Shown in pieces: positions 36,201-45,112 of a stretch of DNA of 64,000 bases. Source of the stretch: an uncultured Chloroflexia bacterium (GTDB lineage Bacteria > Chloroflexota > Anaerolineae > Anaerolineales > UBA4823); contig CAVPJC010000001.1 in the NCBI GenBank assembly GCA_963705155.1, positions 292,392-356,391 of the forward strand, given 5' to 3'. The translations under genes and the position numbers were made by a program. The first letter of the stretch is position 1. Each line of letters starts with the position of its first letter. The notes under the pieces are model-generated. The model was given only the letters and a program-made list of their open reading frames with translations, made no database searches and was not told where the DNA came from.

Positions 36201-39200
36201 GTGGTCACCGAAGACTACGGCGAATGGAACAACACCGTGCACCGCAACGAGCACGCCGTCTCGGACGGAGAAGCCATCCTGGTGCAGTTCCAGATCACAG
36301 GCACCACCCCCGGCCAGTCCGAAGCGGTGCTGGCGCTGGAAGTGGGCGATTGGGGAGCCAGCTACCTGCGCTGGGGGGTGCAAGCCAACCTGGGCAGTGC
36401 ATTGTACGCCAGCTACTGCCTGGGAACGAGCTGCTACCACAACACTCTGGCCGATTTGAATTACTTCAAGAAAGGGGCCTGGTACAGCCTGCTGCTGGCG
36501 GTGGATGATGACCAGAAGTTCTTGATGCGCGTCTGGCCGCGCAGCGACCCCTCGGACGCTCGCGAGTACACCTTGAGCCACCCCAGCCTGCCGGGTAAGG
36601 ACTGGCGCTTTGCGGCCTACGCCAACCGCGCCCGGCTGCACCTGGACGAATACAGCGAAGGCAGGCTGTATTCACTCTCCACCACCGGCTATGACAGCGG
36701 CCTCGTCGCTCCCCTGGACGCCGCCTTCAGTGGCTTCCGGGATCTGGCGATCAACTGGACGCGCCCGGTGACCGCTTCGCAGATGAGCTTCAACGGCGAT
36801 GGAACCTGGATCGGCACGCGTACCATTTCTCTGTATGACCCCACCTACCAGAACGGAATCCAGTACGGCAACCAGACGGGTGTCGTCGAAGCCAGGTGGA
36901 GCGGCAGCGCCTGGCTGGATTACCGGGCTGTGCGCACCTGGTACTACCCCTACACCCAGAACGGCAAACACCTGGTGGGACTGCCGGCGGCGGTCAACCG
37001 CTACAAATGCGAGGACGCCGCCTGCGACTACGCCGATAGCGATCTGACCGCCTCGCAGTGGAACCTGTACGACGGGCAGAGCGGGTACTGGATCAGCCCG
37101 AGCAGCGGCAGGCTGACCGCCCAGCGCACAATGACCTGTTTTGCCGACGCCAACAAGGTATGTTATGCGACCTACCAGGCCAACCCAAGCTACGCCCTGT
37201 TCAGCGACCGTCAGTTCGAGTACGACGACTGGGGCAACCCGGTCAAGGTGAAAACCTCGCCGGACTACGGCTGGTTCCTGATGAGCTCGCCCTGGACCAG
37301 CCAACTGGCGAACACCAACCTGCGCGAAACCAGCTCGTGTTACGGCACAGCCAACCAACCCAGCGGCTGCACGGATGACGGCTACCACACCTACCGGCTG
37401 TGGGAGAAGAGCCCGCTGACGGCCAGCACAAACCAGACAGTCTACTGGTCGTATTCCGGTGCGCTGTGGCCCGGATCGAGCTACACCGGCTACAGCCTGG
37501 GCGTGCCGGTCAGCGAGACCGACCCCAACAGTGTAACCACCTGGGCCGAGTACGACGGCCTGGGACGCATGACCAAGGTGATCAAGCCCGGCGACAGCAG
37601 CGCCTACCCGACGCTGCAGGCGGTGTATCACGACGACTGGCAGCCCTTCCTGGTGGATGTGCACCAGCGCCTCACCGCGGGTACCGGCGCCACCTACAGC
37701 CAGCGCAAGCTCTACAACGGCCTGGGGCAGGTCATCCAGGTGCAGACGCCAGCGCGCCGAAGTCTCCGACAATGCCTGTTCCACGGATGCCGATACCAAC
37801 CCGGATGTCTGCGATCTGATCGTGGATACGGCTTACGACGGCTACGGGCAGGTCAATGCACAGACCGTACCCTACGCCCTGGACGACTGGTATTCGGGCA
37901 TGCCGGGGTATCCCACCCCCTCCGCGGGCAGAATTTCATCGGCAGCCCGCGCAACTACACCGCCACGGTCTACGACGTTCTGGGCCGCACGAACAGCGTG
38001 ACCGCCCCGGACGGGACCGAGCACGCTGACCGGCTACCCGGATACTTCTGCGGGCTATGCGGCTTACAACGAAGTGCGCCTGCAGGACGCCCGCGGCAAC
38101 ACCACGCGTACCATTTCGGACGTGTGGGGCCATGCCTATCAGGTCATCCCGCTCAATGGGAATAACGACGGCAGCCCGATCAACCCCACCGTGGCCTACA
38201 CCTACGATGCGCTCGACCGGCTTCTGACCGCCGCCCGCGGCGGAGCCACCGTCAGCCTGAGCTACGATTACGCCGGGCGGATGACGCAGCAGATCGACCC
38301 CGATCTGGGCACATGGGTTTATACTTATAACGCCATGGGAAACCCGACCAGCCGGAAAGACGCCCGTTGCAATGGCAGCAGTTGCGTGACGATCAACTAT
38401 GCCTACGACCACGCCAGCCGCCTGACGCAGAAGGGCTACAGCATCCCCACCGGGTTGAATGTGGCGGCAACCCCCGCGGCGACCTACTTCTACGACGCCG
38501 GGGGAGCGGCAGCCTACGCCATTGGCAGGCGCACCAGCATGACGGATGGCAGCGGCTCGACGACCTGGACGTATGACAGCCGCGGGCGCATGACCCAGGA
38601 GAGCAAGGTCATCAGTGGATCAGGCACCTTTGTGACCCAGTACACCTACAACTCCGCCGACCTGCCGGTAACGATGCGCTACCCGGCGAATGCCAGCGGT
38701 GGATTGGGTGAGACCGTCACCACCACCTACCTGCCGCAGAGACTGGTCAACAGCGTGATCGGCGCCAACACCTACGTCAAATCCAGCACCTACGACGCCG
38801 CCGGGCGGGTGGACGTGCGCCTGCTGGGCGACAGCAGCGGCACGGCAGTGGTCAAGACCGATTTCGATTACTTCGCCTGGAGCGACGTCAACGGCAACGG
38901 GCGGCTCAAACGGATCAAGTCGGAAGATGTGTCACCGTTGACCACGCTGCAAGACTTGCGCTATTACAACACATCCACCGGGGCATCCTTCTATGACGCC
39001 GTGGGCAACCTGACGCGCATCGACGACTACAAGAGCGGCGCGCCGCAAGGGCAGTATTTTGGTTACGACAACCTGTACCGTATCACCAGCGCCTACGCTT
39101 CGGGCGGGACTGGTGGAAACGGCGATTACACCACCGAGAGCTACAATTATGACGCCACAACCGGCAACCTCACCAGCAAGAGCACGGTGGGCAGCTACAG

Positions 39201-39992
39201 TTACGGAACCCAGTCCAGCGGCTGCCTGGAAGGGGCGCTGGCGGCCCACCCGCATGCCGTGGTGACCACAGTGGGAACGACCACGACCACCTACTGCTAT
39301 GACAGGAACGGCAATATGACCCGCCGCGACCCGAGCGGCACGCCAGTATACAACTTCCAATACAACGCCGAGAACCAGATGACGGGGGTGAGCGGCACGG
39401 CCACGGCATCGTTCACATATGATGGCGACGGCAACCGGGTGAAGAGCACGGCAGGGGAGTGACCACCGCCCACGTGGGGGCGTATTTCGAATGGACCGGC
39501 AGCACGGTTACAATGAAGAAGTATTACAGCGCGGGCGGGGCGCGCGTGGCAGTGCGCACGGGGGGCAGCACGCTGGCCTTCATCCTGACCGACCACCTGG
39601 GGAGCACCAGCATCACCACGACCAGCGCCGGTGTGTTGAGCACCGACAACCGCTACAAGGCCTGGGGGGAGTCAAGATACGCCAGCGGGACGCTGCCGAC
39701 GAAGTTCACCTACACCGGGCAGTATTCGAATGTTGCCGAGTTTGGGCTGATGTTTTATGGGGCACGCTGGTACGACAGTTCGCTATCCAGGTTCGCGCAA
39801 GCCGATATCATCGTACCGCTGCAAAACCAGGGCGTGCAGGCGTGGGATCATTATGCGGCGATGAATAATAATCCGGTCAGGTACAACGATCCGAGCGGGC
39901 ATATGGCGGTTTGTCCGGATTGCGGGGGTGGAGGGAATATTTCTGATCAAGAAAAGCTGGAAAGATCCGCTATGCTCGTGCGGCACAAGTAA
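33270..39992 (+). CDS. Secreted giant Rhs/YD-repeat polymorphic toxin (SpvB/TcB-like N-region, YD shell, RHS core); at least 5 frame breaks as assembled
   Basis: GGAGGG precedes ATG 33270. The signal peptide is MHHTPARRLTHLILILSMLLPGLAPTPTRAAS, followed by a Thr/Pro-rich linker. The SpvB-type motif is [29 protein letters not shown]...GMGWSL. Dozens of YD repeats follow (YTYDALDRL, YDYAGRM, YTYNAMGNP...). The RHS core is FTYTGQYSNVAEFGLMFYGARWYDSSLSRFAQAD...NNPVRYNDPSGH. The pieces are ORFs 33243.., 37657.., 38074.. and 39459... Confidence 0.85.
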
Positions 39993-40048
39993 ATCCTCAA
40001 TCGTCTTTAATTAATACCGATGAAATTGCAGAAAAAGCTGGAACTGGT

Positions 40049-40447
40049 TTGGATATGACAAGTATAGCTCAAGGAGCTTTTGCATTAAAAGTTACGGATG
40101 CAATATTACCGGGTCCAGTTTTTGGTGTCATTATCAATTCAGGCATCCAAATACTACAAGACAGTGACCAAAATTTCAATCCGGATGAGGCCGTGTTACG
40201 GGTTGCTACCGCAGCTGCTGAAGGTGTTGCTTTGGATCTGGTGTCTACTTATTTTGGAGATGTTGGTGGTGCAGTTGGTATCGGTTTGGGGGCTGCTGTA
40301 GCACCAGGACCCGTTGCACCAATCATTGGGTTTGGGACTGGCTACTCAGTTGGTGCTGTGTCGAGTTATTTCAATACGAGAAACGTAATTGAAAATGTCA
40401 ACGAAACATATATTTTTCCAGCAATACATCAAATAACTGATAAGTAA
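40049..40447 (+). CDS. Gly/Ala-rich (glycine-zipper-like) protein; probably the frameshifted C-terminal toxin tip of the Rhs protein
   Basis: Its frame is open back to about 39943 and overlaps the Rhs frame across an A-run. It contains GDVGGAVGIGLGAAVAPGPVAPIIGFGTGYSVGAV. GC is low. Confidence 0.5.
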   Translation: MDMTSIAQGAFALKVTDAILPGPVFGVIINSGIQILQDSDQNFNPDEAVLRVATAAAEGVALDLVSTYFGDVGGAVGIGLGAAVAPGPVAPIIGFGTGYSVGAVSSYFNTRNVIENVNETYIFPAIHQITDK

Positions 40448-40514
40448 ATATTCAAGATAGTTTCGATTCCTATGCTCTGAGAATGCGATTTCAACAGGAA
40501 CGGAGATTGCACCA

Positions 40515-41195
40515 ATGGGTCATCTAATTATTTGCGCTCTAGCATCAGTTGCGCCTGGGTTGGGTTTCTGGTTACTTGGGGAGAGACGTCGGGGCACAAT
40601 CATCGCTAGTATTTTTGCTTTCTTTCTCTTTGGAAATTGGATTTTTGGCATTTTGGGATTTGGCTCAAGTACCAAAATATTACTTATTCTGCCTGTTGGT
40701 TTTTGGATTGTCCAACTATTGATTACTTTGGAAAGAATATATATGCGTTACCAACAAATAAAACATCCGGAAAAAGCAGCTGTTATTCCCAATAAAACCA
40801 ATATTGCAAATGACTTGACCAATTATCACCCATCCGTTCAGGCGGCATATCAAGTTGTTATAGCTCAACCAGGAATTGATCGTCAACTACTCCTAGCAGC
40901 AATATTTGGTATTCAAATATCTAGCCGAAAGGCATGGGTATATATTCCATACCGCATATTGTATTTGGGTCTGACACATGAATTTACAATAATAGTTGAA
41001 GCGGACAAACTTGGTACGCCGATGTTGATTGAACGCTTGGAAAACAGTAAAATTATAAATAAAAGTTATATCCAAGGTTCAATGAATGACCAATTAAAGC
41101 TTGAATTTAGAGATGGTGAAATTATCAACTTATTAGTAACAATACAACAACGTGCGGAGACCGCAGTGTTCGCATCTATGTTCATAGATGCATAA
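40515..41195 (+). CDS. Hypothetical membrane protein, candidate Rhs immunity protein
   Basis: 226 aa with 3 N-terminal TM helices and a soluble C-terminal domain. GC is very low (about 37%). It lies immediately downstream of the toxin tip. Confidence 0.45.
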   Translation: MGHLIICALASVAPGLGFWLLGERRRGTIIASIFAFFLFGNWIFGILGFGSSTKILLILPVGFWIVQLLITLERIYMRYQQIKHPEKAAVIPNKTNIANDLTNYHPSVQAAYQVVIAQPGIDRQLLLAAIFGIQISSRKAWVYIPYRILYLGLTHEFTIIVEADKLGTPMLIERLENSKIINKSYIQGSMNDQLKLEFRDGEIINLLVTIQQRAETAVFASMFIDA

Positions 41196-41201
41196 AAATT
41201 T

Positions 41202-41669
41202 ATGTCTATTCTCATCCTGTCCCGGCCAAACTTAACCAGTGCTCTGACCGTTACATCTGCTACTAATGGCAACTACAGCGAGAGCTACGATTACGACGCC
41301 GCCAGCGGCAACCCCTCCCAGAAAGCGGGTGGAAATTACACCTACGATATGGTCAAAAAACATGCCGTGCGCCGCGTAAACGCCAGCGGCGGCGCCTCCA
41401 AAACCATCCAGGTGCGGGCGTATTCCACGCCGTGCAGCGATGGCGTGCGCGCCACGATGGAGCTGCGCGTCAATGGCAGCCTGGTAACCACCTGGAGCAA
41501 CGTGGCTGTGGCCTGGACAACCCACAGCGCCAACACTCCCCTGTCGGGTAAAGACCAGATCGAAGTGGTGTTTACCAACGACTGCTACAACGGCGGTTAT
41601 GACCGCAACCAGTTTTCACACGAATGTCAGGCAGGGTATGGTTCCGGGGGATTGGAGAGCGGGTTGTGA
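41202..41669 (+). CDS. Orphan Rhs-repeat fragment joined to a carbohydrate-binding-module-like domain
   Basis: NGNYSESYDYDAASGNPSQKAGGNYTYDMVKKHAV parallels GNGDYTTESYNYDATTGNLTSKSTVGSYSYG...HPHAV of the main gene (about 39120-39260). Next comes IQVRAYS...MELRVNGSLVTTW...IEVVFTNDCYNGGYDRN (CBM-like). The 3' end is unclear. Confidence 0.45.
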   Translation: MSILILSRPNLTSALTVTSATNGNYSESYDYDAASGNPSQKAGGNYTYDMVKKHAVRRVNASGGASKTIQVRAYSTPCSDGVRATMELRVNGSLVTTWSNVAVAWTTHSANTPLSGKDQIEVVFTNDCYNGGYDRNQFSHECQAGYGSGGLESGL

Positions 41670-41806
41670 TTTGGCTCGGGAAACCGGTATGAAATATTTG
41701 TTGGGTTGGTGGGCAGGCTTTTCCTGCGTATGGCCGTCGTTTTTTGCCCACCAATCCAACCTACGACTATTGACTCTAGACTGATGATACGTTATCCTAT
41801 ACACAA

Positions 41807-43186
41807 ATGTATAGAATGAGTGAACTTAACCAATTGAACCGCAAGATATTTCACACCAACGACCTGGCTGTTTTGTGGAAGATAACCAATCGGCACAATC
41901 TGTATATGACCATCACCCGCTACATTGACAGGGGGGTGCTGTTTCCAATCTATAAAGGCATGTACGCTACGGTTTCCCCGGCCTCCCTGAACCCCCTGGA
42001 ACTGGGCCAGGCTGTTATTCACCGGTACACCTACCTGACGACCGAATCGGTCCTCGCGCAGGCGGGGATTATCTCTCAATTGGTCTACGATTATACTTTT
42101 GTCGCCGATCTGTCCAAGCGCGTCTCAGTCGGAACCTGGTCTTTTCGGTATCGCAAGCTCAAAGATATTTATCTCCATAATCCTGCTGGTATCGTCGATC
42201 ACAGTGGAGTTTTTATCGCTACTGCAGAACGAGCCGTGGCGGATTTGCTTTATTTCAACCCTAAATATCACTTTGATGTTCCGGAAAGCATCGATTTCGA
42301 AAAGGTCAAGTTAATCCAACAAGAAGTCGGATATCCTCCTGTTAAACTGTTTAATGTACAATGCCATGGTATAAGCCGTTTTTCGATGTTGGTAGGGAAC
42401 GCTGATCGCTTGACAACAACCCACAGAAAACAGCTCCTCCTGCAGCGCCTGGATGAGATCGGCGCCTCCCTGGCCCGCTCCTCCGGCGCCCTGGCCCTGA
42501 TCGGCCTGGGTTCGGTGGGCCTGGAACAGGAGCGCCTGGACGCATACTCCGATCTCGACTTCTTCGTCATCGTCGAGACCGGCTGCAAGGCCGCCTTCCT
42601 GGACGACCTGTCCTGGCTGAGCGCCATCCACCCGGTCGCCTACCGTTTCAAGAATACCGCCGATGGCTACAAGCTGCTCTTCGCCGACGATATCTTCTGC
42701 GAATTTGCCATTTTTGAGCCGCACGAGCTGCAGGCCGTGCCCTTTGCCGCAGGCCGCATCGTCTGGAAGGCGCCCGGCGTCAGCGATGACATCGGCATCC
42801 CCGCCCGGCCTCCCGGGGCGCAAGCACCCGCCGCGTTGGAATGGCTGCTGGGGGAAGCCCTCACCTGCCTGTACGTCGGTATGGGGCGTTACCGGCGCGG
42901 TGAAAAACTCTCGGCCCAGCGTTTCATCCAGCATTACGCCGTCGACCGCCTGCTGGAGTTATCCAGCCGGGTGGAAAGCGAAGCGCCCGCCTTGCGGGAC
43001 GCGTTTGCCCCGGAGCGGCGCTACGAGCAGCGCTTTCCGCAAACCGCCCGCCTGCTGCCGCAGTTCGTCCAGGGCTACGCCGCCATCCCCCAATCGGCCC
43101 TGGCGATCCTCGATTTCCTCGACCGGCACTTTGAGGTGGATGCCGCCCTCAAAACCAAAATCCGCCAACTGTGCCTGCCAGAGTAA
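41807..43186 (+). CDS. AbiEi-like antitoxin/wHTH domain fused in frame to a nucleotidyltransferase (ANT(6)/KNTase-like) domain
   Basis: The N-terminus is IFHTNDLAVLWKITNRHNLYMTITRYIDRGVLFPIYKGMYA (AbiEi-type). The C-terminal half is ALIGLGSVGLEQERLDAYSDLDFFVIVE (the GS..x..D.D NTase motif) plus a helical domain. There is no stop between the two halves. GC jumps at about 42380-42420. Confidence 0.6.
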   Translation: MYRMSELNQLNRKIFHTNDLAVLWKITNRHNLYMTITRYIDRGVLFPIYKGMYATVSPASLNPLELGQAVIHRYTYLTTESVLAQAGIISQLVYDYTFVADLSKRVSVGTWSFRYRKLKDIYLHNPAGIVDHSGVFIATAERAVADLLYFNPKYHFDVPESIDFEKVKLIQQEVGYPPVKLFNVQCHGISRFSMLVGNADRLTTTHRKQLLLQRLDEIGASLARSSGALALIGLGSVGLEQERLDAYSDLDFFVIVETGCKAAFLDDLSWLSAIHPVAYRFKNTADGYKLLFADDIFCEFAIFEPHELQAVPFAAGRIVWKAPGVSDDIGIPARPPGAQAPAALEWLLGEALTCLYVGMGRYRRGEKLSAQRFIQHYAVDRLLELSSRVESEAPALRDAFAPERRYEQRFPQTARLLPQFVQGYAAIPQSALAILDFLDRHFEVDAALKTKIRQLCLPE

Positions 43187-43229
43187 CGATTTCTGCTGCC
43201 CATGCGTGCGCCGCCAGGGGGCTCAGGGC

Positions 43230-45092
43230 TCAACCGCCACCAGCACCGCCCTGCACCACCCTGCGCCAGCGGTATGCGCCGTCCGCCTCGTCATAGCCCT
43301 GGCAGGTGATCAGCGTGACCCACGCCCGTTCCTCGTGCCGCAGCACCTTGAGCTGGTCGGGAGAGACCATGCTGTTCTCGCGCACCTCGTAGATATAGCG
43401 CTGCCCCCAGGCATGGATGATCACCCGGTCGCCCCATTGCAAAGTTTGCAGGTTGGCAAACGGCCCCGGGCTGCCATCCGCCAGGGTGGAATGCCCGGCC
43501 AGCCCGCTGTTTCCCTCCCAGGTGGGATAGGCGGTCCCTTCCAGGTATCCGGCTTCGCCCCCCAGCCAGCGCACATCCCAGCCGCTGCCGCTCTTTGGCA
43601 CCCCCAGGATGGCCATCTTTTGGCCCAGCGCAGGGATTTCCAGGCTCATTTCATCCTGCTGAGAATAGGCCAGGGCAGCGGGCTGCGCCGGCAGAGGGGT
43701 GTGCACATCGGGCGCAAAACCCGTGGCCGGCAGCTGCACCGCCCCCAGCAGGTTTAAAAACGCCTCACCGGCGCGTGTTTTGGCTTCGAGGTTGCGCCCG
43801 CTGGCCCCGGCGACAAACCAGTCGCGCGAAAGGGCCACCGACTTGCCAAACAGGTCATTCTCGCCTGCCGGGTCGGTGACGGCGCGGGTCTGCATGTTCC
43901 ACGCGCCTTTGCTCTTTTTGAAAATATACACCGCCCCGGCGCCATTGTTACCCGCCTGAACGGCCCCATCGGCCCCGACCACTACCGTGTCGCCGTAGAT
44001 ATCCACCGCCTGGCCGAGCCGCTCAAAAACCTGGGCGCCCTGCGCCGCCAGCATGGCTTCCTCCACCCATTCGTCCCCCCGGTCGCTGAATACGTAGGCT
44101 GCCCCCGCGCTGGTGACCTGCCCCCCGCCCAGGTCGGGATCGGCATGATACGCCCCCACCACGATCGTCTTTCCATGGATTGCCAGTGAATTGCCAAAAG
44201 CATCCCCGGCTCGACCGTTTTCCGCTTCCAGCCGGGCTTCGCTTTGCCATGTTTTTCCGCTGCGCCGGAACACCCACACCTTCCCCGGCCCGCTCTCGCC
44301 CGTCAGGTTGAACTGCGGCGCGCCCACGCCGATCAAATCGCCCTGTACCGCCACCGACGTGCCAAAATAATCGCCCAGCCACGGGTCAGGCGGCAGAAGT
44401 CGGGCCTGCTGGCTCCAGTTTTTTCCGCTGCTGCGGTAAAAAACATACGCTGCGCCCACGTCGATCAGGGTACCCATGTCCTTCGTCTCGGCTGCCACCA
44501 CCACCGTGGATTTGTCAACCGCCACCCCTGAGCCAAATGAGTCGTCTTCTGCCGGGTCGGCGGCAGTGAGAATGGCCTGCTGCACCCACTTCCCGCTGCT
44601 GCGGGCGAAAACGTAGGCCGCGCCGGCGTCATCCAACCACCCGTCCTCCTGATCCTCATCCGCCAGGTCGACGCCGGTGGCGCCCACCACGATGGTATTG
44701 CCGCTGATTCCCACGGATACGCCAAAGGTATCGCCTGCCGCGGCGTCATCAGCCGTCAACCTGGCTTCCAGAACCCAGGTATTGCTGCTGCGCACATAAA
44801 CATAGGCTGCCCCGGCATTGCTCACCGCTCCCCCGCCCAGGTCGGGATCGGCGTTGCGCGCCCCGATGACCGCCGTGTTGCCGTCGATCGCCACCGCGCT
44901 GCCGAACTCATCCAGGCTTTTTCCGTCGGGCGCAGCCAGCGACCACTGCTGCACGACCCCCAGGGTTGGGACCGCGCTGCCCGACGCCTGCCAGCCAGAG
45001 GCCAGCCCCGCCTGCGCCGCAGGCAGCAGCGCCAGCAGCAGCAAAACAGATATGGATAGGTATCGTTTAACCAGATTCAGGGTTGCAGCCAT
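43230..45092 (-). CDS. Secreted seven-bladed FG-GAP-like beta-propeller fused to a C-terminal sortase domain
   Basis: GGAGGTG precedes ATG 45092, and a signal peptide follows. Seven repeats of the form FG.SVA..G.T.VVGA ... GAAYVF are present. LPATG is at 43719-43733. The sortase motifs are LEIPALG, GNSGLAGHS, TLITC (Cys codon 43302-43304) and YRWRRVV. Confidence 0.8.
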   Translation of the reverse strand: MAATLNLVKRYLSISVLLLLALLPAAQAGLASGWQASGSAVPTLGVVQQWSLAAPDGKSLDEFGSAVAIDGNTAVIGARNADPDLGGGAVSNAGAAYVYVRSSNTWVLEARLTADDAAAGDTFGVSVGISGNTIVVGATGVDLADEDQEDGWLDDAGAAYVFARSSGKWVQQAILTAADPAEDDSFGSGVAVDKSTVVVAAETKDMGTLIDVGAAYVFYRSSGKNWSQQARLLPPDPWLGDYFGTSVAVQGDLIGVGAPQFNLTGESGPGKVWVFRRSGKTWQSEARLEAENGRAGDAFGNSLAIHGKTIVVGAYHADPDLGGGQVTSAGAAYVFSDRGDEWVEEAMLAAQGAQVFERLGQAVDIYGDTVVVGADGAVQAGNNGAGAVYIFKKSKGAWNMQTRAVTDPAGENDLFGKSVALSRDWFVAGASGRNLEAKTRAGEAFLNLLGAVQLPATGFAPDVHTPLPAQPAALAYSQQDEMSLEIPALGQKMAILGVPKSGSGWDVRWLGGEAGYLEGTAYPTWEGNSGLAGHSTLADGSPGPFANLQTLQWGDRVIIHAWGQRYIYEVRENSMVSPDQLKVLRHEERAWVTLITCQGYDEADGAYRWRRVVQGGAGGG

Positions 45093-45112
45093 TTTACTCA
45101 CCTCCACCTAGC

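Noticed and set aside
34479-36641. A 720-aa minus-strand ORF inside the Rhs gene. Similar long antisense ORFs occur at 4581..5819, 11928..12896, 13526..14725, 18086..19225, 27881..29092, 36672..37799 and 59527..61107.
   Set aside because: Their translations are Ala/Gly/Arg/Val-rich with no recognisable motifs. Each lies antisense to a gene with a clear family signature. This is the typical stop-codon-poor antisense frame of high-GC DNA.
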